Positions 10,097-18,473 of a DNA stretch of 30,467 nt are shown piece after piece (positions within the stretch are counted from its first letter, which is position 1; the number at the start of each line of letters is the position of its first letter). The position numbers and the translations under genes are program-made. Origin of the DNA: a virus (lineage: Duplodnaviria; Caudoviricetes); IMG/VR virus record IMGVR_UViG_3300027887_000040, positions 1 through 30,467 of that record; one strand, written 5' to 3'. The notes beneath the pieces were generated by a model, which saw only the letters and a program-made list of their open reading frames with translations, had not been told where the DNA came from and made no database searches.

Positions 10097-11079
10097 AGTA
10101 TGTATCCGGGCTGAATCATCACATTTCTATTTACGGCCCACGCCGGAATGAACGTCGGCGCTGGCGGCTCGGGGTCTGACTGTCCCCCGCTTTGGTACTG
10201 GTATTCCCCATCAACAAGCAGGAGAACAGAGTCATTCGCGTCGGAAAACAACCCGTTTCCGTTGTATAGAACCTCATTTACAGACCAGAAGAAACTGGCC
10301 TTGGACTCCGCCATGAACCATTGAGGCGTGGATGCCTGATCCGCAAATACGAGAGAATTGTTTTCGTACAGCCGTGGTGGATTGACAGATCCCGGTGTCA
10401 GCGTGGGACCTCCAACCGAAGCGGATTCCGTAGTCAATCCCGTCAGCGGATAGTGCAGGATTGGACTCCCGATAACCGTGGAGTCTGTCCCGCTATACAG
10501 ATTGGCTCTCTGTGTTGCATCCAAGCGGACATCCCAGATCGTCACATCAGCTATGTCGGCTGAAGCATTTAGGTCTCCGTTAATACACCAACAACCAATT
10601 CTCAGATTCCACGTTCCACTCTGCGTGTCGGACCAAGGGCAAGTTCCGGTGGCCATTGAGACGTTGTTGAGAAACGCCTCTGCCGCCCCGTCCGCCCCAT
10701 CTGCATCGTCCCAGGTCACAAGAAGAAGGTTCCACCCGTTTTTAACCTGGTCATCCGCATCCCAGCAAGGACGGGGTTCGCCCACGCTCCTTATCCAGCC
10801 AGCGTAGAATTTATTGTTCGACCACTTCGTGAGAACCAGAGCGGTATCGGACTCGCCGCTCTTGCGAAGATCGAAGTACCAGTGGCCTCCTGAGTCGTTC
10901 CAGTCATTGGTGGGACGGAACCAGAGGGCAGCGGTTCCGGCGTGAGGCATCTGCATGATGCCCCCGCTGGCAGCGTAGAGATAGGAATTGTTTGCCTTGA
11001 AAGCGCGGGAATGCCTTGCGCCCGTCTCGTAAATCAGGCCGACATTCTCAGCCTTGTCGTACTGAGTATTTCGCGCCAT
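10093..11079 (-). CDS. LamG/concanavalin A-like jelly-roll domain virion protein, 328 aa
   Basis: 'GTAALWFRP...WNLLLVTWD...AFLNN...LRIG...ADIADVTIWDVRL' is the Laminin_G_3 pattern. Confidence 0.75.
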   Translation of the reverse strand: MARNTQYDKAENVGLIYETGARHSRAFKANNSYLYAASGGIMQMPHAGTAALWFRPTNDWNDSGGHWYFDLRKSGESDTALVLTKWSNNKFYAGWIRSVGEPRPCWDADDQVKNGWNLLLVTWDDADGADGAAEAFLNNVSMATGTCPWSDTQSGTWNLRIGCWCINGDLNASADIADVTIWDVRLDATQRANLYSGTDSTVIGSPILHYPLTGLTTESASVGGPTLTPGSVNPPRLYENNSLVFADQASTPQWFMAESKASFFWSVNEVLYNGNGLFSDANDSVLLLVDGEYQYQSGGQSDPEPPAPTFIPAWAVNRNVMIQPGYIL

Positions 11080-11861
11080 CAGTCAGCCCGAATGAGCAAG
11101 CGTTGATACCAATTCTCCGCAACCCCGGCAACTCTGAACTTCGCCGTTGTGTCCGTGTCGATTGGGATCGTGACCTCAACCCCGTATGCCAAACTGTTCG
11201 GACATAATAGGGCTTGATAAAGCCTTCCGATGAAGATAACCGGATATGTGTTGAACTTCCCAACAAAGACCGGCCAAGTCACCAAGTTACCAGCAAGATC
11301 GTAGCCAGCCCCACGGCTATCCGTGGTGGCGACCATGTAAACCTGCGCCGCTCCCTGCCCATTTCCGCCCAGTGTAGCGGTTGTTGCCAACTGGCCGCTC
11401 TCTTTGTTGCCTGCCCAGTCGTCACTATTGCGTTGATGGCCGTTCGCAAACACAGCGCTAGCCCATGTCGTTTGACCCTGCGGACTGAGATCCAAGATGC
11501 CCATTCGCAGATTTTCCGGTGTTGACCTCATAGAGTCGATCCACAGATGATACTCGCCGGAATAAATCCTGATCTCCGTTCCAGCCGCATCGACGATTAA
11601 ATTTCTGTCTTCAACGGCGGCCCCATACTGATCTACCACATGGTAAACAAGATGATGCGTGTCTTTCACGGAAAAATTGGCCGTAAAATACCGACCGTCA
11701 TCATCCACGGGAGAAGTGAACGTGTTCCCACTTGGATTAGTCCAAGGCGGGTCGTTCGTTGTTTCCAAGATCGTATGAAGCTCGTCGATGACGTTCTGGG
11801 CGCACGTTGCCGACATCGTTGAATAGAAGTGACTACTCGCCAGAAAATTCGGGACCGACAT
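11079..11861 (-). CDS. Hypothetical virion structural protein, 260 aa
   Basis: Coupled ORF in the tail module with a beta-rich composition. No family recognised. Confidence 0.55.
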   Translation of the reverse strand: MSVPNFLASSHFYSTMSATCAQNVIDELHTILETTNDPPWTNPSGNTFTSPVDDDGRYFTANFSVKDTHHLVYHVVDQYGAAVEDRNLIVDAAGTEIRIYSGEYHLWIDSMRSTPENLRMGILDLSPQGQTTWASAVFANGHQRNSDDWAGNKESGQLATTATLGGNGQGAAQVYMVATTDSRGAGYDLAGNLVTWPVFVGKFNTYPVIFIGRLYQALLCPNSLAYGVEVTIPIDTDTTAKFRVAGVAENWYQRLLIRAD

Positions 11862-11862
11862 T

Positions 11863-12291
11863 TCAATCCTCCGTCACAATCAAATTGCCGGGAGCGACAA
11901 AGAGCGTCACCCCAGCCGTCACTTCCAGGGTTGTGCTGAACGTCCCCGTCCACAAAACCAACCCAGCCCCTACGGGCTCCGTTCCGATCGTGAAGTACAG
12001 CAACTCCTCGCTACCGGACTCGCACATCGGGAACGTGATCGTATTGACGTTCGTCCACGTCCTTCCACTTCCAGTCCATCCTGTCGGATCGCGGTAAATC
12101 TCAACCCTGGAGTAGCCGGCAAACGTCGCCTCGCTCGTTGTCTGATCGCCACCTTCGGGAGAAGCCGTATGGAGCCCGACATACGTGATCGTAATCCCGC
12201 CAGAATCATCGCGGGCGAGACCGGCGATCGTGGTCCCGTTCAGGATAAGACCGAGAAACCCTTCAGCGAAAGCGTCTCCCTTGCCAAGCAT
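11863..12291 (-). CDS. Conserved small phage tail/fibre-associated structural protein, 142 aa
   Basis: 'YVGLHTASP...EATFAGYSRV...TNVNTITFP...LEVTAGVTLFVAPGNLIVTED' is a widespread small virion-protein pattern. Confidence 0.7.
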   Translation of the reverse strand: MLGKGDAFAEGFLGLILNGTTIAGLARDDSGGITITYVGLHTASPEGGDQTTSEATFAGYSRVEIYRDPTGWTGSGRTWTNVNTITFPMCESGSEELLYFTIGTEPVGAGLVLWTGTFSTTLEVTAGVTLFVAPGNLIVTED

Positions 12292-12294
12292 CGC

Positions 12295-12654
12295 TTACCC
12301 GTTGTAGGAAGGAATCGCGTTCTCACCCAGAAACATGATGTTGACCGTGGCATCACTCGTTGTGACGTTGCACCGCAGTCTCATCCTGTCGAGCAGATCC
12401 CGTCCTTCGAAGATGTAAACCGGATTGTTCACGTCGTTCACGGCGAACAGGAATCCCTTTCCGAGAGTCACGCCATACGTCACCCCGGTGTTGGCGTTGA
12501 ATTTCACCCGGATCGCTTGCGACTCGACTTGCATGACCATCGCAACGGTTCCGTCAGGGATGGATGGAAGAGAGACCACCGTCTGACCGACCGTATAGCT
12601 GTAGGTCTCCCCCAGCGGTTTCGGCGTGAATTTGCTTGCGTAGATCGTTACCAT
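12295..12654 (-). CDS. Small beta-rich virion protein, 119 aa
   Basis: GGAGG RBS. 'IPDGTVAMVMQVESQAIRVKF...GFL' is a small jelly-roll-like pattern. Confidence 0.55.
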   Translation of the reverse strand: MVTIYASKFTPKPLGETYSYTVGQTVVSLPSIPDGTVAMVMQVESQAIRVKFNANTGVTYGVTLGKGFLFAVNDVNNPVYIFEGRDLLDRMRLRCNVTTSDATVNIMFLGENAIPSYNG

Positions 12655-13331
12655 CCCTCTTCCTCCATGTATCCCCTGACGTACTTGGGATCTCGAATCT
12701 GAACCGTGTTGATCGACTCAACGATCATGTCTTTCTGCCTCTCCAGCTTGTCGAGCCAAAGCTGATAGGCGGGATTCTCCCCTTCCCTCATGCACTCCGC
12801 GACCACGTAGGTCACGATATAATCGAAGTGCTCAAGGGGAATCGGGGCAATCGTGTCTGTCGGATACCGCAGATCGGGGACCACCGAGATGTAGCGCATT
12901 CGGTAGTCGAGAGCAACATCGAAGCCGGGAGCGAACACGACCTTGGTGTTCCCCACAACGTCGTAATACGCCGTTCCAGATCCTCCCCCATACGATCCGC
13001 CGTACCGCGCAGCTTCCTTGAATCTCGGATCGGAAATGTCGCATGGAGCAAACTCCGTCCACTCGTATCCGGCCGTGGTCACTTCGATGTCTTTCAACTG
13101 CGAGAAGTCGGCTGGGAGCGTGATCTCCGAATAGTTCGGCGCCGTCGTTGTCGAGAATGTCCCGGTCGCAGTCTTGTAGAAGAAATCCTCTCGCGCCTGT
13201 CGGATGATCTTGGCGAGTTCGTTCTTTCCCTCGTTCGCAGCGGCGATCAGTTCGATCTCCGTGAACCGCTTCACGCCGAGATCCTTCAGCTTCATTCGGG
13301 AGAGCAACAGGATGGTTCGAAGATCGCTCAT
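12648..13331 (-). CDS. Head-to-tail adaptor / tail ring protein (tubular protein A-like), paralog 2, 227 aa
   Basis: Helical N-terminus 'LKD...FTEIELIAAANEG', central 'TLPADF', C-terminal 'PIPLEHFDYIVTYVVAEC'. Confidence 0.65.
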   Translation of the reverse strand: MSDLRTILLLSRMKLKDLGVKRFTEIELIAAANEGKNELAKIIRQAREDFFYKTATGTFSTTTAPNYSEITLPADFSQLKDIEVTTAGYEWTEFAPCDISDPRFKEAARYGGSYGGGSGTAYYDVVGNTKVVFAPGFDVALDYRMRYISVVPDLRYPTDTIAPIPLEHFDYIVTYVVAECMREGENPAYQLWLDKLERQKDMIVESINTVQIRDPKYVRGYMEEEGW

Positions 13332-13978
13332 TCGGGTTGCCCCCCTGTCGTCGGACGCTCTTTCTCAACTTTCTTGGGTTGAGGGTAGCGGCCGTTCTCA
13401 GCCATGATCCGCTCGTTGTACCGTTCCAGATACCGGGGAGCGTCCTCGTCGTTGATCTTCGCCAGAGCCATCGCAGTCGCGTAGTTCACGATTGGTTCTT
13501 CGTGCTCCGCTCCCATCGGGAAAGTCACGTTGCACGTCGCCAGGGAGTTCGGCAGACCGATGTACGTGATCGTTCCGCTGAAGACGTTGGGGCCGGAACG
13601 AATGACGTGCGTTGATCCGATCCGATCAAACCGAGCCCACGCTCCCAGACCGCCCGGATACCACTGGCAGAGATATACCTCGTCCACGTTGAGAACGTAG
13701 GCTTGCTCCGTGACCACCTGAATCCCGCCGATCGTGTGGCTGACTACGACGTGTAGCAGTCTCATGTAATCGGCCGGGATTTCCCAGTAGTCCCCGGTGA
13801 ACGTCGAGTGAACCACCAACTCGGGAGCGCCATCGGCCGGTATCTTCTGAACGTAGTCGTAGAGTCCATCAGTGAGCCACTGGGCAATCTCCTGGTCGGT
13901 CCTCTGCGGATCATCGTTGGAGAACGGCTCGTTGATGTTCGATCGGACTCGATCGACCAATTCGGCACTCGTCGCCAT
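13328..13978 (-). CDS. Head-to-tail adaptor / tail ring protein, paralog 1, 216 aa
   Basis: 'LVDRVRSNINE...TDQEIAQWLTDG', 'EIPADYMRL' and 'EHEEPIVNYATAMALAK' fit the adaptor pattern. Confidence 0.65.
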   Translation of the reverse strand: MATSAELVDRVRSNINEPFSNDDPQRTDQEIAQWLTDGLYDYVQKIPADGAPELVVHSTFTGDYWEIPADYMRLLHVVVSHTIGGIQVVTEQAYVLNVDEVYLCQWYPGGLGAWARFDRIGSTHVIRSGPNVFSGTITYIGLPNSLATCNVTFPMGAEHEEPIVNYATAMALAKINDEDAPRYLERYNERIMAENGRYPQPKKVEKERPTTGGQPE

Positions 13979-13987
13979 TTCGAGCCC

Positions 13988-14272
13988 TCACTTCATGTAA
14001 TGCTGCATCAGGATTTGAGCGATTCCGCCCCCACCCCCGCCTTGCGGCCAGCCGGCAGAGTCGTTTTGCCCCGGCCATCCACTGTCGCCAGGGCCGATCG
14101 CACCGGGACGCTTTCGCCCCATCATCCGCTGCATGAACATATCCCCGACCTGTCGCATGACGCCCGGATCGGGCGGGCCGTAGGTGGGCGGGGGAGCGCC
14201 GTACATGACATTGGGCTGGCCCATGTACTGCCCCCAGGATCGTGTCGGTCCCTGAATCTCGTAGTCAATCAT
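13988..14272 (-). CDS. Low-complexity Gly/Pro/Met-rich hypothetical protein, 94 aa (start reassigned to MIDYEIQGP)
   Basis: ATG at 14272 overlaps the upstream stop (ATGA). The ORF fills the gap before the adaptor gene. Confidence 0.5.
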   Translation of the reverse strand: MIDYEIQGPTRSWGQYMGQPNVMYGAPPPTYGPPDPGVMRQVGDMFMQRMMGRKRPGAIGPGDSGWPGQNDSAGWPQGGGGGGIAQILMQHYMK

Positions 14273-14700
14273 GCTACCCATCCCGCATTGAACACCGTCC
14301 TGCCATCGCGGATCTTCCACAGGTTGTAGAGTTCCGCGCTACTCGCACGAACGGAGTCTTGGAAGTCGTTCCAGACTTTCTCTTCCTGAACCCTCTCCAA
14401 CTCCTCCAACTCTTCGGCCACCCGCTGCCAGCCGCCGTTTGACCAGAGATCGCTGGCACGGAGCCTCTCGAACACAGACCGGGACAGACCGTTGAATGGA
14501 ATCGTTGCGACGAGAATGTAGCCCTCCTGTGCGCGAATGTAGTCATCGTGCCAGGAGTCGTTGCGAATCGTTCCGGGGTGAAGACTGCGAGTGACTTTTC
14601 GCTCCAACTGCCAATTCTGAAGCCGAAAACTCCATCGCAGTCTCAGATCGGAGTCGAATGCGCGTAGCTCGTCTAGGAACCATCTAGGAGCGTTAGGCAT
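14269..14700 (-). CDS. Hypothetical phage protein, 143 aa
   Basis: GGAGG RBS, protein-like sequence ('FLDELRAFDSDLRLRW...WQLERK') and operon context. Confidence 0.65.
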   Translation of the reverse strand: MPNAPRWFLDELRAFDSDLRLRWSFRLQNWQLERKVTRSLHPGTIRNDSWHDDYIRAQEGYILVATIPFNGLSRSVFERLRASDLWSNGGWQRVAEELEELERVQEEKVWNDFQDSVRASSAELYNLWKIRDGRTVFNAGWVA

Positions 14701-14710
14701 TCCGGGCCTC

Positions 14711-15124
14711 CTAGACTACGGTGTTGTGGTCGGCAAGGTTGGTCTCGGTGCCCGGATTGTTCTTGGCGATCGTGACCAGCACGCAGAGATTCGCACCGGA
14801 TGTTCCGGCCTGATCTACGTCCAGCGTGAGAATGTCGCCGGCCGCAACGTCTGTCGGCCTGGAGTCGAGCGCCGAATACGTCACCGTCCCGCTTGTGGCT
14901 GCTGTCGTGATCTTCACGGACGTATCGAAGATAGTCGTTCCGTTCAGATTCAAATCAGCAATCGTGTTTGTGTCGCCGCCACCGGCAGTCCCTTGCTTGG
15001 CGTAGATGTTCACGATCTTGCCAGGGAAAGGAACAACGGCACAGGCTTTGCTCGCTCCGGCAGAGATGGTGCCAGGGACGTGCAGGGGAATTACGAAGTG
15101 TTCCAGATTCTTTACACGGATCAT
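14711..15124 (-). CDS. Capsid decoration/cement-like protein, 137 aa (likely start MIRVKN)
   Basis: GAGGAG RBS before the ATG at 15124. Small G/T/A-rich beta protein ('PFPGKIVNIYA...VAAGDILTLDVDQAGT') two genes after the capsid gene. Confidence 0.6.
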   Translation of the reverse strand: MIRVKNLEHFVIPLHVPGTISAGASKACAVVPFPGKIVNIYAKQGTAGGGDTNTIADLNLNGTTIFDTSVKITTAATSGTVTYSALDSRPTDVAAGDILTLDVDQAGTSGANLCVLVTIAKNNPGTETNLADHNTVV

Positions 15125-15175
15125 GTGGATACTCTCCTCAATAGTTGACCCCACTAGACCCGAAAAGTCCGGGGG

Positions 15176-15526
15176 TTACTGCTTGCGCGGGGATGCCCTC
15201 TCGGGCACCCCCTGGTTGAGATGCGTGTCGAGATGTGCCTTGAGATCCTCAAGCGTCCTGAACGGACCAGACGAACACTTGCCGGCGAGATTCATCGGGC
15301 AGTCGTAAGCAAGAACATTCTTGAGTTGTTGCTCCGTCATCTGCTCGACGATCTCAATGCGGAACGCCTCGGGGTTGCCCTCCTCGTCCCACACAACCGA
15401 CTGCTTGCGGGCCATCGCCGCCATCGCGTCGTCCAGTTCAACCATTTTGCCGGGGTCGATCATTATGTGACCAGCATCGAACACGAGTTCAAATGGCGTT
15501 TTCGAGACGTTGATAACTCTTCGCAC
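15176..15526 (-). CDS. Hypothetical protein with a C-terminal C2H2-type zinc finger, 116 aa
   Basis: 'YDCPMNLAGKCSSGPFRTLEDLKAHLDTH' has C-x7-C...F...L..H...H spacing. GTG start with GGAGAG RBS. Confidence 0.6.
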   Translation of the reverse strand: MRRVINVSKTPFELVFDAGHIMIDPGKMVELDDAMAAMARKQSVVWDEEGNPEAFRIEIVEQMTEQQLKNVLAYDCPMNLAGKCSSGPFRTLEDLKAHLDTHLNQGVPERASPRKQ

Positions 15527-15553
15527 GATTACTCTCCACTGGACGGAGATCGC

Positions 15554-16852
15554 TCAGTAGATGTGAGCGATACTGACCGTCGCGGTAATCCCGTCAAGGC
15601 GGAAAGCCTCGTTCGGACGATCGCTGTGGAGTTCGTCGTAAATTCTGTAAAACGCCTCCCACTTGTCGTAGTTGGAGACGTTCCGCAGAACGGCGCCATC
15701 CTCGTCGGCCCACTCGCCGCGAACATGGATGTAGCGCGTGACGGTCCCTTTCAGCATCCCGAAGAGTGTCCCATACGGACAGTGCTTCGCCACCTTCCAC
15801 GGACGATCGCCGTAGGTGATCTCCCCGCCGTTCTTGAGTGCGGCCTGTTTCGTGCCGCCGTCAGGAGTGCGGAGATCGCCCCCAGTGTACCGGCGATCCG
15901 CCTGGAGCAGCTTCAGGTACTCTCGCCTCACGGAGTAGTGGCAGAAGAAGACGCCGTTCGCGCCGAAGTTTCCGCCGCCCAACTGATCCGATGAGTCAAT
16001 CGCACGCTGAATCACATCCAGGGTGAGCGCCCCGACCGAAGTGATGACCGTGGATTTGAAAACGGGGTAGGTTGTTCGGTTGATGTTGTGAAGCGTGTTC
16101 TTGTACGTCCCGTCGTCGATGATCCCCAGGAGACCCGTGACTTCCTTTCCGAAGTTGTTGGTCGCTCCGGTTACGTCGCCCTGGATATACCGCACCAGTC
16201 GCCCGTTGTCTGGGAACGTGATGTTCTGAGTTCCGCCCGTGGTGACGACCGTCCCATCGGCGTTCACCGAAGACACGGTGAATGTTCCGGAAACGGTTGT
16301 CGTGGACGCTCCGATGACGACGATGCCCATGTTCGGATTCAGGAACCGAGCGCCGTCGGTTGTCGGACTGACTCCGAACGGAGAGTCGATTGTCATTCCC
16401 GCAGTCGCACTTAGATTCTGCGCCGCGTTGACCAGAGCCAGGACACCGTTTCCGTCACCGAAGAACTGGCGCTCCCGGTCGTTGGCGAGATCCTTGACGA
16501 TCCCCTTGAGTTCCGCATCCATCGCACGGGTGAAAGCGCCCTTGTCCTTTTGGCTGGCCTTGATGACCTGTGCGGTGAGTTCGATGCGGCCGTAGTTGTA
16601 CTTCTCGGGGATCACGACCTTCGCGTAACCCTGGTTGCCGGCAGTCGGGAGCATTTCGCCCTCTCCGATTGCTCCGACGCCCTGGTTGCGCGAAACGTGA
16701 ATGGGGTAGACAACCTGCCGGCCAGTCCAGTCCGATGAATCGTTTTCGTCAATCCAGTCGGTCAGGACATTGACCAGACTCAACTGCTCCTCGATAGCCG
16801 GCCCGTAGACATCCTTCAGGGCGTTATCGAAGTTGGTAAGGTTTTGAGCCAT
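15554..16852 (-). CDS. Major capsid protein (HK97 fold inferred), 432 aa (start MAQNLTNF)
   Basis: Size and position after the scaffold. 'ALKDVYGPAIEEQL...PIHVSRNQGVGAIGEGEMLPTAG...DLANDRERQFFGDGNG...RPNEAFRLDGI' fits a phage capsid pattern. GAGG RBS. Confidence 0.85.
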   Translation of the reverse strand: MAQNLTNFDNALKDVYGPAIEEQLSLVNVLTDWIDENDSSDWTGRQVVYPIHVSRNQGVGAIGEGEMLPTAGNQGYAKVVIPEKYNYGRIELTAQVIKASQKDKGAFTRAMDAELKGIVKDLANDRERQFFGDGNGVLALVNAAQNLSATAGMTIDSPFGVSPTTDGARFLNPNMGIVVIGASTTTVSGTFTVSSVNADGTVVTTGGTQNITFPDNGRLVRYIQGDVTGATNNFGKEVTGLLGIIDDGTYKNTLHNINRTTYPVFKSTVITSVGALTLDVIQRAIDSSDQLGGGNFGANGVFFCHYSVRREYLKLLQADRRYTGGDLRTPDGGTKQAALKNGGEITYGDRPWKVAKHCPYGTLFGMLKGTVTRYIHVRGEWADEDGAVLRNVSNYDKWEAFYRIYDELHSDRPNEAFRLDGITATVSIAHIY

Positions 16853-16879
16853 CGCTTCCTCGTCAAACAACTATGCGGG

Positions 16880-17677
16880 TCAGTCCCCGCCTTGTTGAAG
16901 GATAGCGAATGCCCTTTCGTGCGTCTCTTTCGTGATTCCCTTTTCTCGCGGGGCTGGAGACCCGGATCGCGTAGCAGGGGAACCCGTAGGAATCGTGGGC
17001 ACCCGCACAACTCTGCGCTTCTCACGGGCATCTTCGGCTTGCCCCCGAAGACCCTTGGTTTTCCCCGTATGGAGAAATTGCTCGTCAACCGCTTTGAAGG
17101 CGTTCTCAATGCACTTGAGATTACCGGCTCGCCAAAGCCGAGAAAGTTTCTCGTCGGTCTTGATCTCCATGAGGACTAGGCCAGCGAGACGAGTGAGCGA
17201 TTTCTCGTCCGTCCCGATGCCGACCTTTTCGGCCAAGTTTTTGATCTCTTCTTGAGCGGATTCGTACATCGCATCGGCCCGATCCTGCTGTGCGGCCTCG
17301 TAGTCCTTCCGCATCTGCGAGATTTCGGGATACGCCTTGTCGATTGCACGCTTGACCTGTGCAAGTTGCTGAGGGGTCAACTCTCCATCATCCGCCGCTT
17401 TTTGGGCTTGCGCCCGCTCCTTCCGCCACTCGGTGAACTCCGAGATTTCCTCGGGTGTTCCGAATTGCGAAAGTCGCTCATCAACGAATTGCTGGAGCCT
17501 GTCCGCTCGTTGCCGTGCCTCCTCCCGCTCTTGCAGGATTTGTTGAAACCGGCGCTGAGTCTTGGCCTTTGGAGAGTCGATGCCCTCCGATTCTTCCGGG
17601 TCGGAGTCCGTATCTTGGGCGTCGAGCTTCTCTTTGTCATCCGCTTCTGACGAAGAAGCAACTGTTTCGTCGGGCAT
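16880..17677 (-). CDS. Capsid scaffolding protein, 265 aa
   Basis: Acidic disordered N-terminus, 'RRFQQILQER' coiled coil and a basic Pro-rich tail ending in a short helix, directly upstream of the capsid gene. Confidence 0.75.
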   Translation of the reverse strand: MPDETVASSSEADDKEKLDAQDTDSDPEESEGIDSPKAKTQRRFQQILQEREEARQRADRLQQFVDERLSQFGTPEEISEFTEWRKERAQAQKAADDGELTPQQLAQVKRAIDKAYPEISQMRKDYEAAQQDRADAMYESAQEEIKNLAEKVGIGTDEKSLTRLAGLVLMEIKTDEKLSRLWRAGNLKCIENAFKAVDEQFLHTGKTKGLRGQAEDAREKRRVVRVPTIPTGSPATRSGSPAPREKGITKETHERAFAILQQGGD

Positions 17678-17722
17678 TTCCTACCTCGTGACGTGAGGAA
17701 ACGAAAACATCATCCGAGCGAA

Positions 17723-17750
17723 CAGTTACCACACCGGAATAACAAGTCAA
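17723..17750 (-). promoter_or_regulatory. Possible sigma70-like promoter for scaffold/capsid
   Basis: TTGACT-N16-TAACTG with a TG just upstream of the -10, in one of the few intergenic gaps. The -10 match is poor. Confidence 0.2.
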
Positions 17751-17756
17751 AGCACT

Positions 17757-18473
17757 TCACGAATTTTTTGGGGCCCACTTTTCCATCAAGTGGGGCACAT
17801 TCGCGGGGAGAGGAGCTTCCCTGGCAAAGCTCAAAGACCAGTTTCGCCCTCTTTCGAGATTCACGCCACCGTTGCCGTGGCGAATCGTGAGATCACGAAC
17901 AATGCAGGTAAACCATCCGGCCCGACGAACCCGGATGCAGTAATCGTTGTCATCCAACCCATACCCGAAAAACTCCTCGTCCAGCTTTCCTACCTCGTCG
18001 AGACACTGGCGCTTTATCAGAACGCACGGGAAGCAGACCGGCATGGAATCGGCCTCCTGACCACCGATGTTGAGAACTTTCCAGTCCGGGCCCCACAGTT
18101 CGGACACCCTTCCGGCATTCTGGTAGGGATTGCCCACCCCGCCGTCGATTAGTGGAGAGAGAATGCCAATGTCGCCTTGCTGGTAGGCGTGTTGGGAAAG
18201 ACGATTGAAGAAGTCGTGCTCGACGATCACGCAATCATCGTTGAGCAGAACGATGTCCGATTCTGGCTTCGCGGACGTGATTCCGATATTTGCGTTTCGT
18301 GCGAACACGAAGTCGCTGTGCCCCGAGTTTATCGTCACGCACCCCGGAAACGAGTTGTCGTGACGATCCGTTACGACGATCGTTTCGTCGGGGACTGACT
18401 CGGTTTCTCTCATCGAAGTCAAAAGGGGAGCCAGTATCTCGGGATACCGATTCAGAATCACCGCTGTTATCAT
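17757..18473 (-). CDS. Glycosyltransferase family 2 (GT-A fold), 238 aa (start MITAVIL)
   Basis: 'FARNANIGI...IVLLNDDC...GILSP...FPCVLIKR...VGKLDEEFFGYGLDDNDYCIRVRRAG...H' is the classic GT2 signature. GGAG RBS. Confidence 0.9.
   Translation of the reverse strand: MITAVILNRYPEILAPLLTSMRETESVPDETIVVTDRHDNSFPGCVTINSGHSDFVFARNANIGITSAKPESDIVLLNDDCVIVEHDFFNRLSQHAYQQGDIGILSPLIDGGVGNPYQNAGRVSELWGPDWKVLNIGGQEADSMPVCFPCVLIKRQCLDEVGKLDEEFFGYGLDDNDYCIRVRRAGWFTCIVRDLTIRHGNGGVNLERGRNWSLSFAREAPLPANVPHLMEKWAPKNS

Noticed and set aside
5397-11861. Diversity-generating retroelement or invertible tail-fibre cassette
   Set aside because: No reverse transcriptase, recombinase or near-identical nucleotide repeat pair was seen. 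The duplications are old and visible only at protein level.
15148-15176. Terminator-like hairpin after the zinc-finger gene
   Set aside because: The stem is imperfect with several G-U pairs and has no following U-tract.
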